Origin: Lingula anatina
Lineage: Eukaryota > Animalia > Brachiopoda
Direction of reading: 5' to 3'
DNA length: 64,000 nucleotides
Assembly: GCA_051362555.1 (NCBI GenBank)
Contig: CM120649.1
Coordinates: forward strand, 12,214,001-12,278,000
Position 1 is the first letter of the stretch, and each line of letters opens with the position of its first letter. The notes below the pieces were generated by a model that was given only the letters and a program-made list of their open reading frames with translations, had not been told where the DNA came from and did no database searches. The position numbers were made by a program, and so were the translations under genes. Below, in pieces: positions 52,701 to 62,100 of the stretch.

Positions 52701-55700
52701 TCAATTTCAAAGTCAGAGTAAGATTACCAATATATGACTTCCTATTCAACTTCAATAGTAACTATGCACCTATCTCTGCCAGTTTTGGAGATAAAAGGGA
52801 ACAAAAATTTGCAAAGTTCAATTCATGATAAAAAGTAGGTCAAAGGTCAATTTTAAGGTCACATTTAGATTGCCAGTATATGACTTCCTATTCAAGTTCA
52901 ATAGTTATTATGGACCTATCTCTGCCAGTTTTGGAGATAAAAGGGAAGCAAAATTTGCAAAATTCAATTCATGATGAAAAGTAGGTCAAAGGTCAAAACC
53001 ATGTGTACCGCCAGCGCCAATGCTGGTGGTACAATTGTGCAAAATGTGACTGGTTCATTATACTACTTGGAACTAAGAAAAATAGCTCACAGCACTGATC
53101 TAAGTATAAAAAAATTCATTCACAGACTGGTAACATTAAAACTTGTTTTGACACTTTGATGCAATTCAAAGATAGTAACAGAATAAGGTTATTAAAAACA
53201 CTTTTTTCAATAAAGAAGGTTTGGTTTCTCAGTGTTCAGCACTTGGTGCATGGATAACAGATAGTCTAGAATTCACAATGCCCTTGAAATAGGGAAAGAA
53301 GGATGCCTACCCCCCTCCCCCAAACACTCTGTGATGTTCGGTTTTAGGTGGGTTTTAAGTGCAAGTTTTTCTAACCACCAGGCAAATCAGCCAAAAAGCG
53401 GCAAGGTGGGGTTCTCACAGAATACACTCATTTTGCCCACAGTTAATCACCTTTGTGACCTTAATTAAACTGTAAAATATTAAAGCTTTCCGTTGCGTTA
53501 TTGTCGAGATACAGCCATATTCATATTTCACTGCCTCGCATGGCTCCCGTCTCACTTTTCAGCTGCGTGAGTGGTGTATTTTTCACCGAAGTTTGCTTCA
53601 CAAATGTGCATCAAGTGATCAATACATTACTTCGGTCAATACCACAATTGAAAGATGGATATATAATCTTTATAACGACAGATATTTATATCATAAATCC
53701 GTTGCTATGGTTACAAACTACCGAGGTTATTTGAGGTCACTTGATGACTGCCGCAGATACCCACCCTGTCAATAGCCTTATATCTCCACTAGTAGAGCAC
53801 CTTAGATAATATCACTGATATTTACTGAAAATATGGACAAGGGGCCTACCATAAATTAAAACACTGGCCTGGCCTTTTCCCTACAAATTTTGCAACAGCG
53901 ACGCAAATTCTTCTATTTTATTAAGTTATTGGCAACAGCGACGCAAATTCTTCTATTTTCTGGCTACATTATCGTAAAACATTTTTGCTTCCCACAGTTT
54001 CGATTTGCATTCAAGAATGTTTAAGTTAATTTCAACGTTACTTAGGGACTAATTAACTTAAAAAGGCTTCTGTACTTTTTATTTATTGATTCCTGGATAT
54101 TAAGTATATGCTAAGTTCAAATACGGGGGTAAACATGCATTTGAAACTAAATTCGTGTAGGCGGCCATGACAGTTTCAAGTAGCAGTGGTGGAAAACGTG
54201 CGATGAATGCACTGCAGATTTTCCGAATTTCAAGCAGCAAAGCGCATACTTTGTTGTTCTGTAGACCATTACAAAGACGGAAAGGTTGTGCGATACTCAG
54301 GAGATACGACTGAGATGATTGGGGTCACCTCCTGATGCTAAAAGTTACATGATGATCCAAGCAAGTAGCAAGGAGATCCCCCAAGAGGAAGTAATTTATG
54401 GGAGCTTCATTAAATGATGAAAACTGACACTTTTTGATGACCTTTTTTTACAAGGAGCTTTTCAGACATGAATTTTTGCCCAAGAAACGTGGAATTCCGC
54501 ATTTTTTATTTCAATTCAAGGTGTCCCGGACCTCTGGCCGCTTAGGTGTTGAGTCCCATGATAAATGTTCGGAGTTCTTTTTTTTTTTTTTTTTTTGAAA
54601 CCTAGGATCATGGCTGCTTTTTTTCTGTTTCATTTTACTGAAGATATCCGTGAATGCCACCTTTAAATGGGATAAGATTTTACTGAGATATTGATATTGA
54701 ATATCATATTTTTATTCCTTGGAGCAAAAGATCAGTTTGACTTATATATTTGAAAGCAGCAATATATGTTCCTGGTCCTGAGTAGTGCAAAATAATCCAT
54801 GAATTACACCATTACATAAGTTCAACTTATTTCTTCATTCTTCTCAGGAAGGGGATTCAGTTGGATAATATAGATTTGCATTACTTTGATGTTTTTGTAG
54901 AATGAAAATCAAGTGTACTTTTTTTTTTTTTGAAACATTCACTTAAATCTCGAGTCAAAACTTTGTCGGTGTCTTATTCAGTTAAGGGTGACAGGAGTAG
55001 TCTTGAATGGCAGTTACAATGCCTTCCACCCATTTATTAAGTTATTGGTAATAAGTATTTTCCAGTTTGAAGATTTTAATTGTTTGCTACACTTCCAAAT
55101 AATTTGCTTATTTATACTTAAACTTTAAAGATCCAATAAAGAGATGATTATGCATAATGAAACATTGTTGATTGATTTAAAGCTGTGTGTGTGATTGGTG
55201 CCCACTTGTGTCCAATAATTGTTGAAGTAGTAGATGAAAAGAAAAGTTAAAGGAAAACGGTTTTCTTTATATGATTAAATGTAAGAAAAATGTGGGTTGT
55301 TTGTCGTTTTATTTTCTGAATAATTAAATTTATTAGACTAAAAGTATTTTTAATTAATTTTGTAAGCTTTAGTATTACAGGGAATACCATTCCCAGGTGT
55401 ACAATCGAGATGGAAGCTATTGAGCAAAGGGTAAAAAACTTGAGGCCAAGTAGCAGGTTGAAAAGGGTTTATGTCTTAACCAAAGCTACATAAATTTCTA
55501 TCACAAGTCATCAAAATATGAATATGACGGTTTAAATCCCAAAGGTGGGCTCTGTTATAGGGCAATTGCCTATTCTTGTAAAGTCTATTGTTCATATCTG
55601 CCGTGATTAGAGTAATTGAGCAGGTATTACTGGCCAAGACGAGCAACACCCATTCAAATTTTACAATTTTCGGATATTTTAATATTAAAATATATCGCCA

Positions 55701-56721
55701 ACAAAAGAAAAGGCCACGAGGATCTCCTTTGTACTTTATATTTTTAATGTTCCTTTACAAACCCATACAGGTTTGACAGCCATCGGACCTCTACTAGTGG
55801 GAATATGACCCTCTGAAAATTGCCATGCTTAAACTTAGTTTTGGGGGGTGGGGTGAAAAAAGTGGGTAGAGTGTGGACAAGGTGGGTTATATTTTTAGTT
55901 TGAAAGTCTTGGGGGGAAGAATATTGATCGACAAAATACATCATACATGTACATAGTAAATATATTGCTAGATAAGAGTATAATAAGCATATATATGAGT
56001 GATGTGTATGATAACTGAAAATCTGCTTCGAAAGCTGGAAAAACAGAAAATTGGGCATAAATCCCTTGAAATACAGTTTTATGGCATAACATTTGGCAGA
56101 AGTTAAAAGGGTCCTCAGGCAAGTATTTCAGCCCAATAAGGTCAAATTCTGTGAACCCCCACCTTGCCGCACTTGTCTGGTGCTTTAAAAAACTGGCACT
56201 TAAGAAGTTATTTTATTGATTATTTTATAGCATTCTTTGTGCTTTACATATTCATCTAATTACTATTTTAAAAGTATTATTTTGAAATTATAATTGATTC
56301 AGTGTTTTTTTCTTCAATTTTTTTTGTTTAAGTTCCATATACAGTGAGCGTAGATTCTCTATAACACATAAACCACTTCTATTTTCTTACATGACCCAAA
56401 TAAAACCAACATGCCAAAAGATAAACCAAATAAATCACTCTGTCAGCAAAAAGAAAAAAGTATAAATCTGCACCATCTTCATATTTCTGTTCAAGTATTA
56501 TTATCATTTATTATTATTATTTTTTTTTTTTTTTTGAGGGGGGGGGGTTTCAAGATGGTGACCCTTGGTATTACTTTTAGTTATGCTATTTGAGACTATA
56601 GGCTGGCATTTGCAAATTCCTGCTCCCCAATGGCCAATTTCCTAGAAGAACTATAACTATCATTATTACTATTATTTATTTAATAATTTATTTATTTGGT
56701 TGAATATATAAATTTTTCACT

Positions 56722-56773
<52 letters not shown>

Positions 56774-57465
56774 TTAACTTACCTAAATTCCTGGTCCCTG
56801 TTAACCAATTTCCTGGGGGCACCACAGCTGTTATCCTCCAGGGAAAGCCCTGCCACTGCCTCAGGCAGGGAGGTTGTGTGCTGGAAAAAAAAAAGACAGA
56901 AAGAAAATCAATACTGTTATTTTTTTTTTTTCAAAAACCTGTATAAAGTGTATTAGCAATAACAACTCTGTTTACAATACCACGCAGTACATGTCCCTGT
57001 TTCTAAGCCATATCCTCTGGTATGTAACTTGTTCCTAATTAAGATCACATTAATATTCCCTTTTTATGACTTCCTATTCAAGTTCTATTGTAACCGTGGG
57101 CATATCTCTGCCTTTGCTATAAACAGTTTGTCAGTATAGTTTTATCATAAACAACTTCATTTTGTAATAACATAACAAGAATTCTATGAAGTATGTACAT
57201 TTGTGAATAACAGAATGAGGATGATGGGGAAAAAACTAAGAACAGTGAGAGTCTCTTAATTCCCAACTCAACTTTTTAGTAATTTTATAATTTTACCAAA
57301 GGCATCTAAAAATTTCAATTCTAATGCAGTCATCATTGCTATCACAATTGTATATATAGGAACATTTTTATTAGCCCATGCCACTAGAATACCCATAAAT
57401 TCAATACTTACCTGTCCACTGTATATCTGGTAAAGCACCTGGACCAACGGAATAGCCAGCTCCTT
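21277..57465 (-). CDS. tim: Drosophila-type timeless (tim1) circadian clock gene, central and 3' part, 16 exons, 671 aa; N-terminal exons not identified
   Basis: The exons join in frame (2016 nt including stop). Motifs [75 protein letters not shown] and EPILYFYVAQDKSVPVIPF...LLLSLGIYLP...YPRIPHFW follow insect TIM1 in order. Confidence 0.92.
21825..21951 (-). CDS. tim: tim penultimate exon (GILKFHPDDIQSGKSDQLSSVESEPSMSTSLQGYKLTDGSTK)
   Basis: cttcag/gtgggt sites; phase 1 to 2 links both neighbours. Confidence 0.8.
22071..23789. mobile_element. Non-autonomous TIR transposon without TSD, Spy-like
   Basis: TIR GGATGAGTGCGAATAA..AAGTGCCCA at both ends; inserted at GAAA^TTTC of a satellite unit, with the empty site visible in neighbouring units. 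Confidence 0.85.
24565..27012 (-). mobile_element. HINE copy 2, ~8-9 x 146-bp units
   Basis: Same termini, subTIRs and hairpin; nearly identical to copy 3. Confidence 0.92.
27575..27609. repeat. (AT)n microsatellite
   Basis: Direct reading. Confidence 0.95.
27653..27853 (-). CDS. tim: tim exon (QDKSVPVIPFSGAQEAILQDKAFRCLLLSLGIYLPEEGWQLYPRIPHFWNAENLFSKAKSLGTIPK)
   Basis: ttacag/gtaag sites; TIM C-terminal conserved domain. Confidence 0.92.
28336..28389 (-). CDS. tim: tim exon (GGKKIYGKVEEPILYFYV)
   Basis: caacag/gtaagt sites; EP..Y motif; phase 1 to 1. Confidence 0.85.
28613..28772 (-). CDS. tim: tim exon ([53 protein letters not shown])
   Basis: WLQ..L.E.C..KL motif, gtagg donor. The acceptor aaaatatag is purine-rich and less certain. 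Confidence 0.82.
28695..29276. repeat. ~160-200-bp tandem repeat (about 3.5 copies) containing the acceptor and 5' half of a tim exon
   Basis: ACACAATGATTCAAGATGGCAGCTGTATCTTGTAC..GATGCATCATCAGTGGA recurs at ~28696, 28857, 29059 and 29221. Confidence 0.9.
29432..29732. mobile_element. Foldback Harbinger-like MITE nested in a family-B MITE (~29302-29770)
   Basis: Nearly whole-length imperfect palindrome, termini GGCCGCATTCA/TGAATGCAGTC, TTA flanks. Confidence 0.8.
29905..29988 (-). CDS. tim: tim exon (VTNQLTHLGLLADQSMNLIDVIGCGSSV)
   Basis: ttatag/gtatgt sites; continues the KTR..V..QL motif; phase 0 to 0. Confidence 0.82.
32550..34040 (-). mobile_element. Old diverged HINE-like element
   Basis: Monomer related to the 146-bp unit at 33668-33760, (AGAGCAGA) microsatellite, hairpin ATGCCCCTCACTTCGTGGGTACAT then an A-run. 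The left boundary is uncertain. Confidence 0.5.
34195..34345 (-). CDS. tim: tim exon (DQTESLDSHWSDEDVDILFMTYTEHESDPNLVDKIVEALEDHGISKTRCE)
   Basis: ttttag/gtgtgt sites; phase 2 to 0. Confidence 0.88.
34553..34680 (-). CDS. tim: tim exon (DASDLVEYILKIFERLAERDPYHCAQQLLKMKEDEPGSPESE)
   Basis: tatag/gtagg sites; resembles DWSDLIEYVI; phase 0 to 2. Confidence 0.88.
34683..34732. repeat. (AAT)n microsatellite abutting a tim acceptor
   Basis: Direct reading. Confidence 0.95.
34917..35115 (-). CDS. tim: tim exon ([37 protein letters not shown]...LKTFSEISHHQYPLNE)
   Basis: ctgtag/gtaagt sites; signature [11 protein letters not shown]. Confidence 0.94.
35567..35747 (-). CDS. tim: tim exon ([59 protein letters not shown])
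   Basis: tatcag/gtaagt sites; strong TIM similarity. Confidence 0.92.
36122..36237 (-). CDS. tim: tim exon (LKLAVAALHDMLWTVEYFMTEKKRALKQQDKEYLLNLH)
   Basis: ttatag/gtgag sites; phase 2 to 1. Confidence 0.88.
36896..39680 (-). mobile_element. HINE copy 3, ~11 x 146-bp units
   Basis: As copy 2. Confidence 0.92.
39756..39869 (-). CDS. tim: tim exon (TVLAVPTFSLVTFLAVASCEQLMLLQRKNADASPHEK)
   Basis: tttcag/gtgag sites; CEQL motif; phase 2 to 2. Confidence 0.85.
40128..40240 (-). CDS. tim: tim exon ([37 protein letters not shown])
   Basis: ttccag/gtaagt sites; D.S.F.W motif. Confidence 0.88.
45899..45968 (-). CDS. tim: tim exon ([23 protein letters not shown])
   Basis: ttttcag/gtaat sites; resembles TIM LKEFTVDFLLTGYSYLVEEL; phase 2 to 0. 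Confidence 0.82.
46359..49363 (-). mobile_element. HINE copy 4 with internal duplication (two arrays)
   Basis: Array, partial spacer 47165-47423, second array, full spacer, terminus. Confidence 0.92.
50198..50439. mobile_element. Harbinger-like MITE, family A
   Basis: TIR GGGCTCATTCCCAA / TTGGGAACGAGCCC with long imperfect inverted arms; TAT on both flanks. Confidence 0.78.
50915..51459. repeat. ~49-bp minisatellite (TTGTGCTAGATGAGACTGCCAGATTGTGTTGCTAGTTGTGACTGGTTCA)
   Basis: About 10 units; resumes briefly at 53037 after HINE copy 5. Confidence 0.88.
51460..53036 (-). mobile_element. HINE copy 5, internally deleted (array joined directly to the terminal palindrome)
   Basis: GGTCAAAGGTCA runs into AAACCATGTGTACCGCCAGC; the ~1-kb spacer is missing. 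Confidence 0.9.
56725..56772. repeat. Poly-T run (48 nt)
   Basis: Direct reading. Confidence 0.95.
56783..56880 (-). CDS. tim: tim exon (HTTSLPEAVAGLSLEDNSCGAPRKLVNRDQEF)
   Basis: ttttccag/gtaagt sites, GC-rich, phase 0 to 2, compatible with its neighbours. Confidence 0.75.
57412..57465 (-). CDS. tim: tim exon ([18 protein letters not shown])
   Basis: tttcag/gtaagt sites; resembles TIM VQLIALIYKDQ. Confidence 0.8.
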
Positions 57466-57571
57466 CTGAAACAATGAAAAATATAATAACAACTAAGACT
57501 ATTCAAATTCATAAACTGCTTGTTTATATTCTAAATCTGCCAACAGTTGAATTAAGTTATCATAACAAATA

Positions 57572-59536
57572 CAGTGTTTGACCTTCGTTTGAAATAGTAC
57601 AGGCCAATTTGGCCAGTGTGCTCTGAAAGTTACTGGCCAAACCGAAAATGCACAAGCCAGACTTTGGCCAGTTTTATTACGAAGTTACTGGCCAAATATT
57701 CAAAGTGCAGGCCATGTGATAATGACTCGTGATGGAGATGTTATCATATGCAAATAAAGAGAAAAAATTTTAAAACATTTTTAAACCTAGAACTGTGTTT
57801 ATTCTTTAGTCTACAGATTTTGCACATTCTAATCTAAATTAAACAAATTATATGCATATTTATTTACCCCACTTTGATTAGATTTTTAATAAAATTTTCT
57901 GTACTTATATTTCTAAAATTTTCTGAACTTGTACTCCATGAACATAATTTGTTTAATGAAATTTATATTTTGTATCTTTAAGTTGCATCATCACACCAAG
58001 AAATATTCATACAATAGATGCAAGGATTTAAGCTTCATGCTCTTTACTATATATTTGTACATAAATATACATTCTTTGGGGGGAATCGGCCAGAGGGGAA
58101 ATTGTCCTGATGAAGAGATAAAAGTCAGTATAAAGATCAATTTTGTCTTAAAAACTGCTCCACATCCTTCTCAGTCATTTCATTGTCTTCATCTGAATCA
58201 CTATAACAGTCATCAAACCCCTCATCACTGTCTGACATCTCTGCCTGCTCAGAGTGGATACTGGGAGTTGTCACATCATTGGAAGACTCAGAAATTGTCA
58301 CATCAATGGATGGCTCAGAGTGGAAACTGGGAGTTGTCACATCAATGGAAGACCCATTTTGGTACCTTAGCCAAGGTCTTCCGACCTCCCACTTTGGCAA
58401 ATATAGCCTTTTTTCAACTTTTGGTGTTTTTGGTTTGGTACCTGCAATTTTTAAGTGTCAAGTTTATTAAAGACTGCCAACACAATCACCGAGTCAGACA
58501 TAATCAATTACTGGTACATGTGACAAAGAGCTAAACATTTAACAACGTTAAAATCAACAATTGGGACAAACAAGTAGACCATTCAGATATGGGGTCTTAA
58601 TAAATATATATATAGAAATACTCGTTTCAAAATAAATATTAAAATGAGGTTAAATTAAGCACTATCATTATTAGAGAACTTGTGATATTCAGGGTGAACT
58701 CCGTAAGTCGCTCTGACGGAGAGGCAGTCGGTGAACTGCTGAAACCCTAACGAGATTGTTAAAAGATTCAATTGTATCCGAGTTGAAATAAAATTCATTA
58801 TTTTGTATTATTTGTATAGTATTGCACTGTACTGTAAAAGCGTACGCTAGGTAATTAGTTCTCTTACCCTACACACGTTGCACGTCGCACGCATTTAACC
58901 CCCTCCCCCCCTTTTTTCTTTTTTTGTTCCGCTCAGGAAAAAAAAATCAGAAAACGTCAAAAACATGCGTTGGGTCAAAGAGCTCAGACTATTAGTTCGT
59001 TTCTGCTTTGATTTTGTTTACTTACCACTTGAAGTTGAAGCCGATTCTGCGACGCTCTAACTCTCAGTCTCTTCTACTTGGAGTTTTGAAATTTTTAAAA
59101 ACTTCTCCATGCAGCTTGATGATCCACGTGCATCACGTTTTCTCCCGGAAGCGTCAACTGCGCAAAATCGCAAGACGTAAGTGAAACGAAACAGACAGCA
59201 TTTCCTATACTTCGTCAAAATCCGGCGCGCAAACGAAGGCTAGATGCTTTCAAAAACAACAGCGAGACTGTGAATACGTCATTACGGAATTCCCCAACTT
59301 CAACCAATCACGATTATGAGAGTGAAAACGAGGTTAGCAGTAAGGGTAATCCCATGAACTTCCCTGTAAATTTTGGCATACGAGTCGGACTTAAATTGAC
59401 TCTAAATTTTGCCGATAAACTTAATACAGTAAGTTGACATAAATCGCCAAAATGGCGACTTGCACCATAATTTTCACTCGCCAGATTTAATTTTAACTCG
59501 CATTGGCGAGCTGGCGAGTGCGAGTGTCAAACGCTG
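57572..59536 (-). mobile_element. Internally deleted hAT-like transposon with 6-bp TSD
   Basis: TIR CAGTGTTTGAC / GTCAAACGCTG, TSD CAAATA on both sides, subterminal TGGCCA (left) and TGGCGAG (right) repeats. Confidence 0.82.
58137..59110 (-). pseudogene. Two-exon transposase remnant (59026-59110 and 58137-58441)
   Basis: MEKFLKISK...ES*SVAESASTSS|GTKPKTPKVEKRLYLPKWEVGRPWLRYQNG then an acidic tail. R...W...PWL.Y resembles the start of the TTF-type zinc finger of ZNF862-like hAT transposases. In-frame TAG; no catalytic core. Confidence 0.65.
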
Positions 59537-60020
59537 CAAATAATAAAATTTTATCTTTTCATATTCAGCCAGGTAGTTTTCTTTCCCCTATAAATCTCTT
59601 TAGATATATCAAGTTTGATTAAACTAAACACCACAGCTGACATACATACCATCTAGCAAAAAAGCATTGTAACACTATTAAAATTTTTTAATAATCTTTT
59701 TTGTAAAAATACTCCAATCGTGTATGACTTGCAACTTGTGGGGCAAATGGTGCCAGAATAAATGCACGCCCCTCACCACCCAAAAAGAACTTTCTTAAAA
59801 ACAATATGATCGTGCCGATTTTAAACACTTTCTTCAAACAAAACCACTAGGTAAATCGAAAATATGACAAAAATTCTGTTTTGAATAATAGAGTGTACTA
59901 CAGAAATGTTAGGCAACACCAGCAATGGCAGACAAATGTAGTGATCAAAATAAAAAACAGACAAATACAGATGATACAGTGTCTGTATATAAAAAATAAT
60001 AACTTAATTTTGGAGATATT

Positions 60021-60270
60021 TCAGCATTGATATACGAGGACTGACCACACGGAGGATTTCAATGTTCTTATTTTAGTGTCCACAAAGATCTTTCTCTTAT
60101 TTAGTATCAGGCTCATCTTGTAACATGCATCTTTTGATATTGCTATACATTTCTTTATTTCTGTATCGCATTTCACATCTGATATATACTTGTTTAATTT
60201 TTTTCTCCTTTGCAGCTGATGTTGCATTTTGGGTATTTGTTTTCTTTGAAAAAACCATGTAATACTATTC
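60021..60270 (-). mobile_element. LINE (RTE-like) reverse transcriptase C-terminal fragment
   Basis: DVKCDTEIKKCIAISKDACYKMSLILNKRKI..TKIRTLKSSVWSVLVY resembles the post-RT region of RTE-clade ORF2. Confidence 0.75.
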
Positions 60271-61429
60271 AGTTTCAGTTTTAAGGGCACACAAAGCTTG
60301 TTAGAACTTTTTCTAACCAATATTAACCTTCCTGGAAATTTCAACACTTTTCCCCTAATCACCAAGGGAAACATTACCCGTAACTGCTGAGAAAATTAAG
60401 ACCAAGAAACCATTTTTAGCATTCTTACTCATAACATTTCAGGTTAAAAAGTGAAATTTACCAAAGTAGCTTGGAAATATGGTAATGTGCCATGAATTTT
60501 GTACAGACGAAATTAACCCTCATCCACCTTTCAGGGGCCTCGCAGGCCCGGACCCATGTATCTTTTGCTCTCTCTTCGTTCGCATGAGGTTTTGAGCCTG
60601 TTCCTTTCATATAATCCTCAAGCAACTTATACCCTATCAGTGGATAAATAATTAGTTTTGAAATAATTTACACCATATGTAGAAATTAACTTTTGGAAAA
60701 GTTAGTCCCATTTCCTGGAAACCGGGCCTCTGAGAAACATGAAAATCTGACTCCCCCTCCACAAAACTTCATAAATCTTATTTTATTTGAGTATATGAGT
60801 GTGATCTTGTAGTATGTAAAATGGAGGGTACATTGGCACTTTTTTTAGTTTGCAGGTGAATATTTTCATTAAAAAATAAAATAAAAAATGTGCACTTAAC
60901 CGCCAATTGCCTCCCCTATGAAAAAGCTATTTATTTGATATTGGATGATCATTTCTACATATTGATATTGGATGATCAATGTGTGCTTATGACTATCAGT
61001 ATTGTCAATGAAATCTGCCTGTGAAAGATTCAAGAACTGGAGAAATTATATTTATGAGTAATCGGTCACCTTGGTCACCTGATATGCAGATATCAGTTTA
61101 AATCTATCATTATTACATACCTGATAGACTGCCCTAGCTTTGTGAAACTTTCCATTTTGAGAAAAAAATGATTTTTCTGCATGTTCCATACACAGTGTAT
61201 ACTCACCCAGGTGGAGGTAAAGCGAGCAAGGGACCAGTGTAACATAAAAATCTGATTGGGGAGTCACATTTTGGGGGAGTCAGATTTTCATGGTACACCG
61301 GGCCGTTTCAGGGTTTAGGTAGGGTTCCATTTCCTTGTGGATGAGGGTTTATTAAAATAAGTAAAAGATTGTTTTGAACGGCACTACCAGGTAACCTTCA
61401 AAATGGAAGCTGGGCTGGGTGTTACTGTT

Positions 61430-62100
61430 TCTTCTCACTGCGTGACCGAGACAACTGCCGGTCAGTGTCTATGGTGCACAGGTTGTCTTTATTGGCAATT
61501 GGTGTCGACCGCAACCGGGTAATCTTCAGCGTTGAAGTCAGGCTGGGTTTTGTGTGCGGGTACGGTTTCTCCTCAACATGCGCTGAGGCAAATACAACTG
61601 TGGTGCGTACAATGCATTGATAACCTTAACCACGTATGCCAAGATGACCGCTGATCATTGTCTATGGCCAAATACTGGTATGCTAGGTCAATGGAAAGAT
61701 TTACGGCCCTTGGGTGTCTTGCCTTGCTGTAGGGTGGGCTTAATTTTATTCTATTAAAATAAATATTAAAAAAAATAAATAAGTCGAGCTGGGTTATACA
61801 CCCAGGTACGGTCTCTCCCGCAGCGTGCTGACACAGGTTATTATGATCACTATTCACTGTGCAGAGGCCGAAACAATCACAGCTTGGTGTCTAAGGCGCA
61901 CCGGTAGCCTTCACTGCAGAAACAAGGCTGGGTATTACAATCTCTTGCTGCTGTGCAGGGAGGCCGAAATGATCTTAGATGGTCTGTGGCGCACAGGTAG
62001 CTTTCACTATAAAAGCCTTTATATTATGGTCTCTCTCTGCCGTGCACTGCGACTTAATTGACCGCTGATCACGTCTATGATCAAATATACTAGGTAGGGG
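61430..62100. repeat. Degenerate GC-richer modular repeat
   Basis: Recurring GGCCGAAA..GGCGCAC.GGTAGC (61865, 61962), GGTACGGT.TCTCC (61559, 61805) and TGACCGCTGATCA..GTCTATG (61645, 62059). Confidence 0.55.

Noticed and set aside
24770-52995. Regular 146-bp, 69-bp and 49-bp arrays as CRISPR-like loci
   Set aside because: The units are contiguous with no unique spacers and no cas genes, in a eukaryotic intron context.
53480-54670. CpG-richer block with a 28-bp direct repeat, possibly a DNA transposon or promoter
   Set aside because: No termini, TSD or ORF could be established by eye.
28419-54820. Scattered D-box (TTAYGTAA) matches in tim introns
   Set aside because: A few matches are expected by chance in 64 kb of AT-rich DNA, and they are not clustered.
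50850-56198. Possible extra tim exons at 50850-50900, ~55769-55812 and ~56163-56198
   Set aside because: The first two give stops in the required phase 2. The third has a weak donor and no TIM similarity. The flanking exons already join in frame.
57929-58534. Longest ORF (201 aa, plus strand)
   Set aside because: It is the antisense shadow of the transposase remnant and has no recognisable domain.
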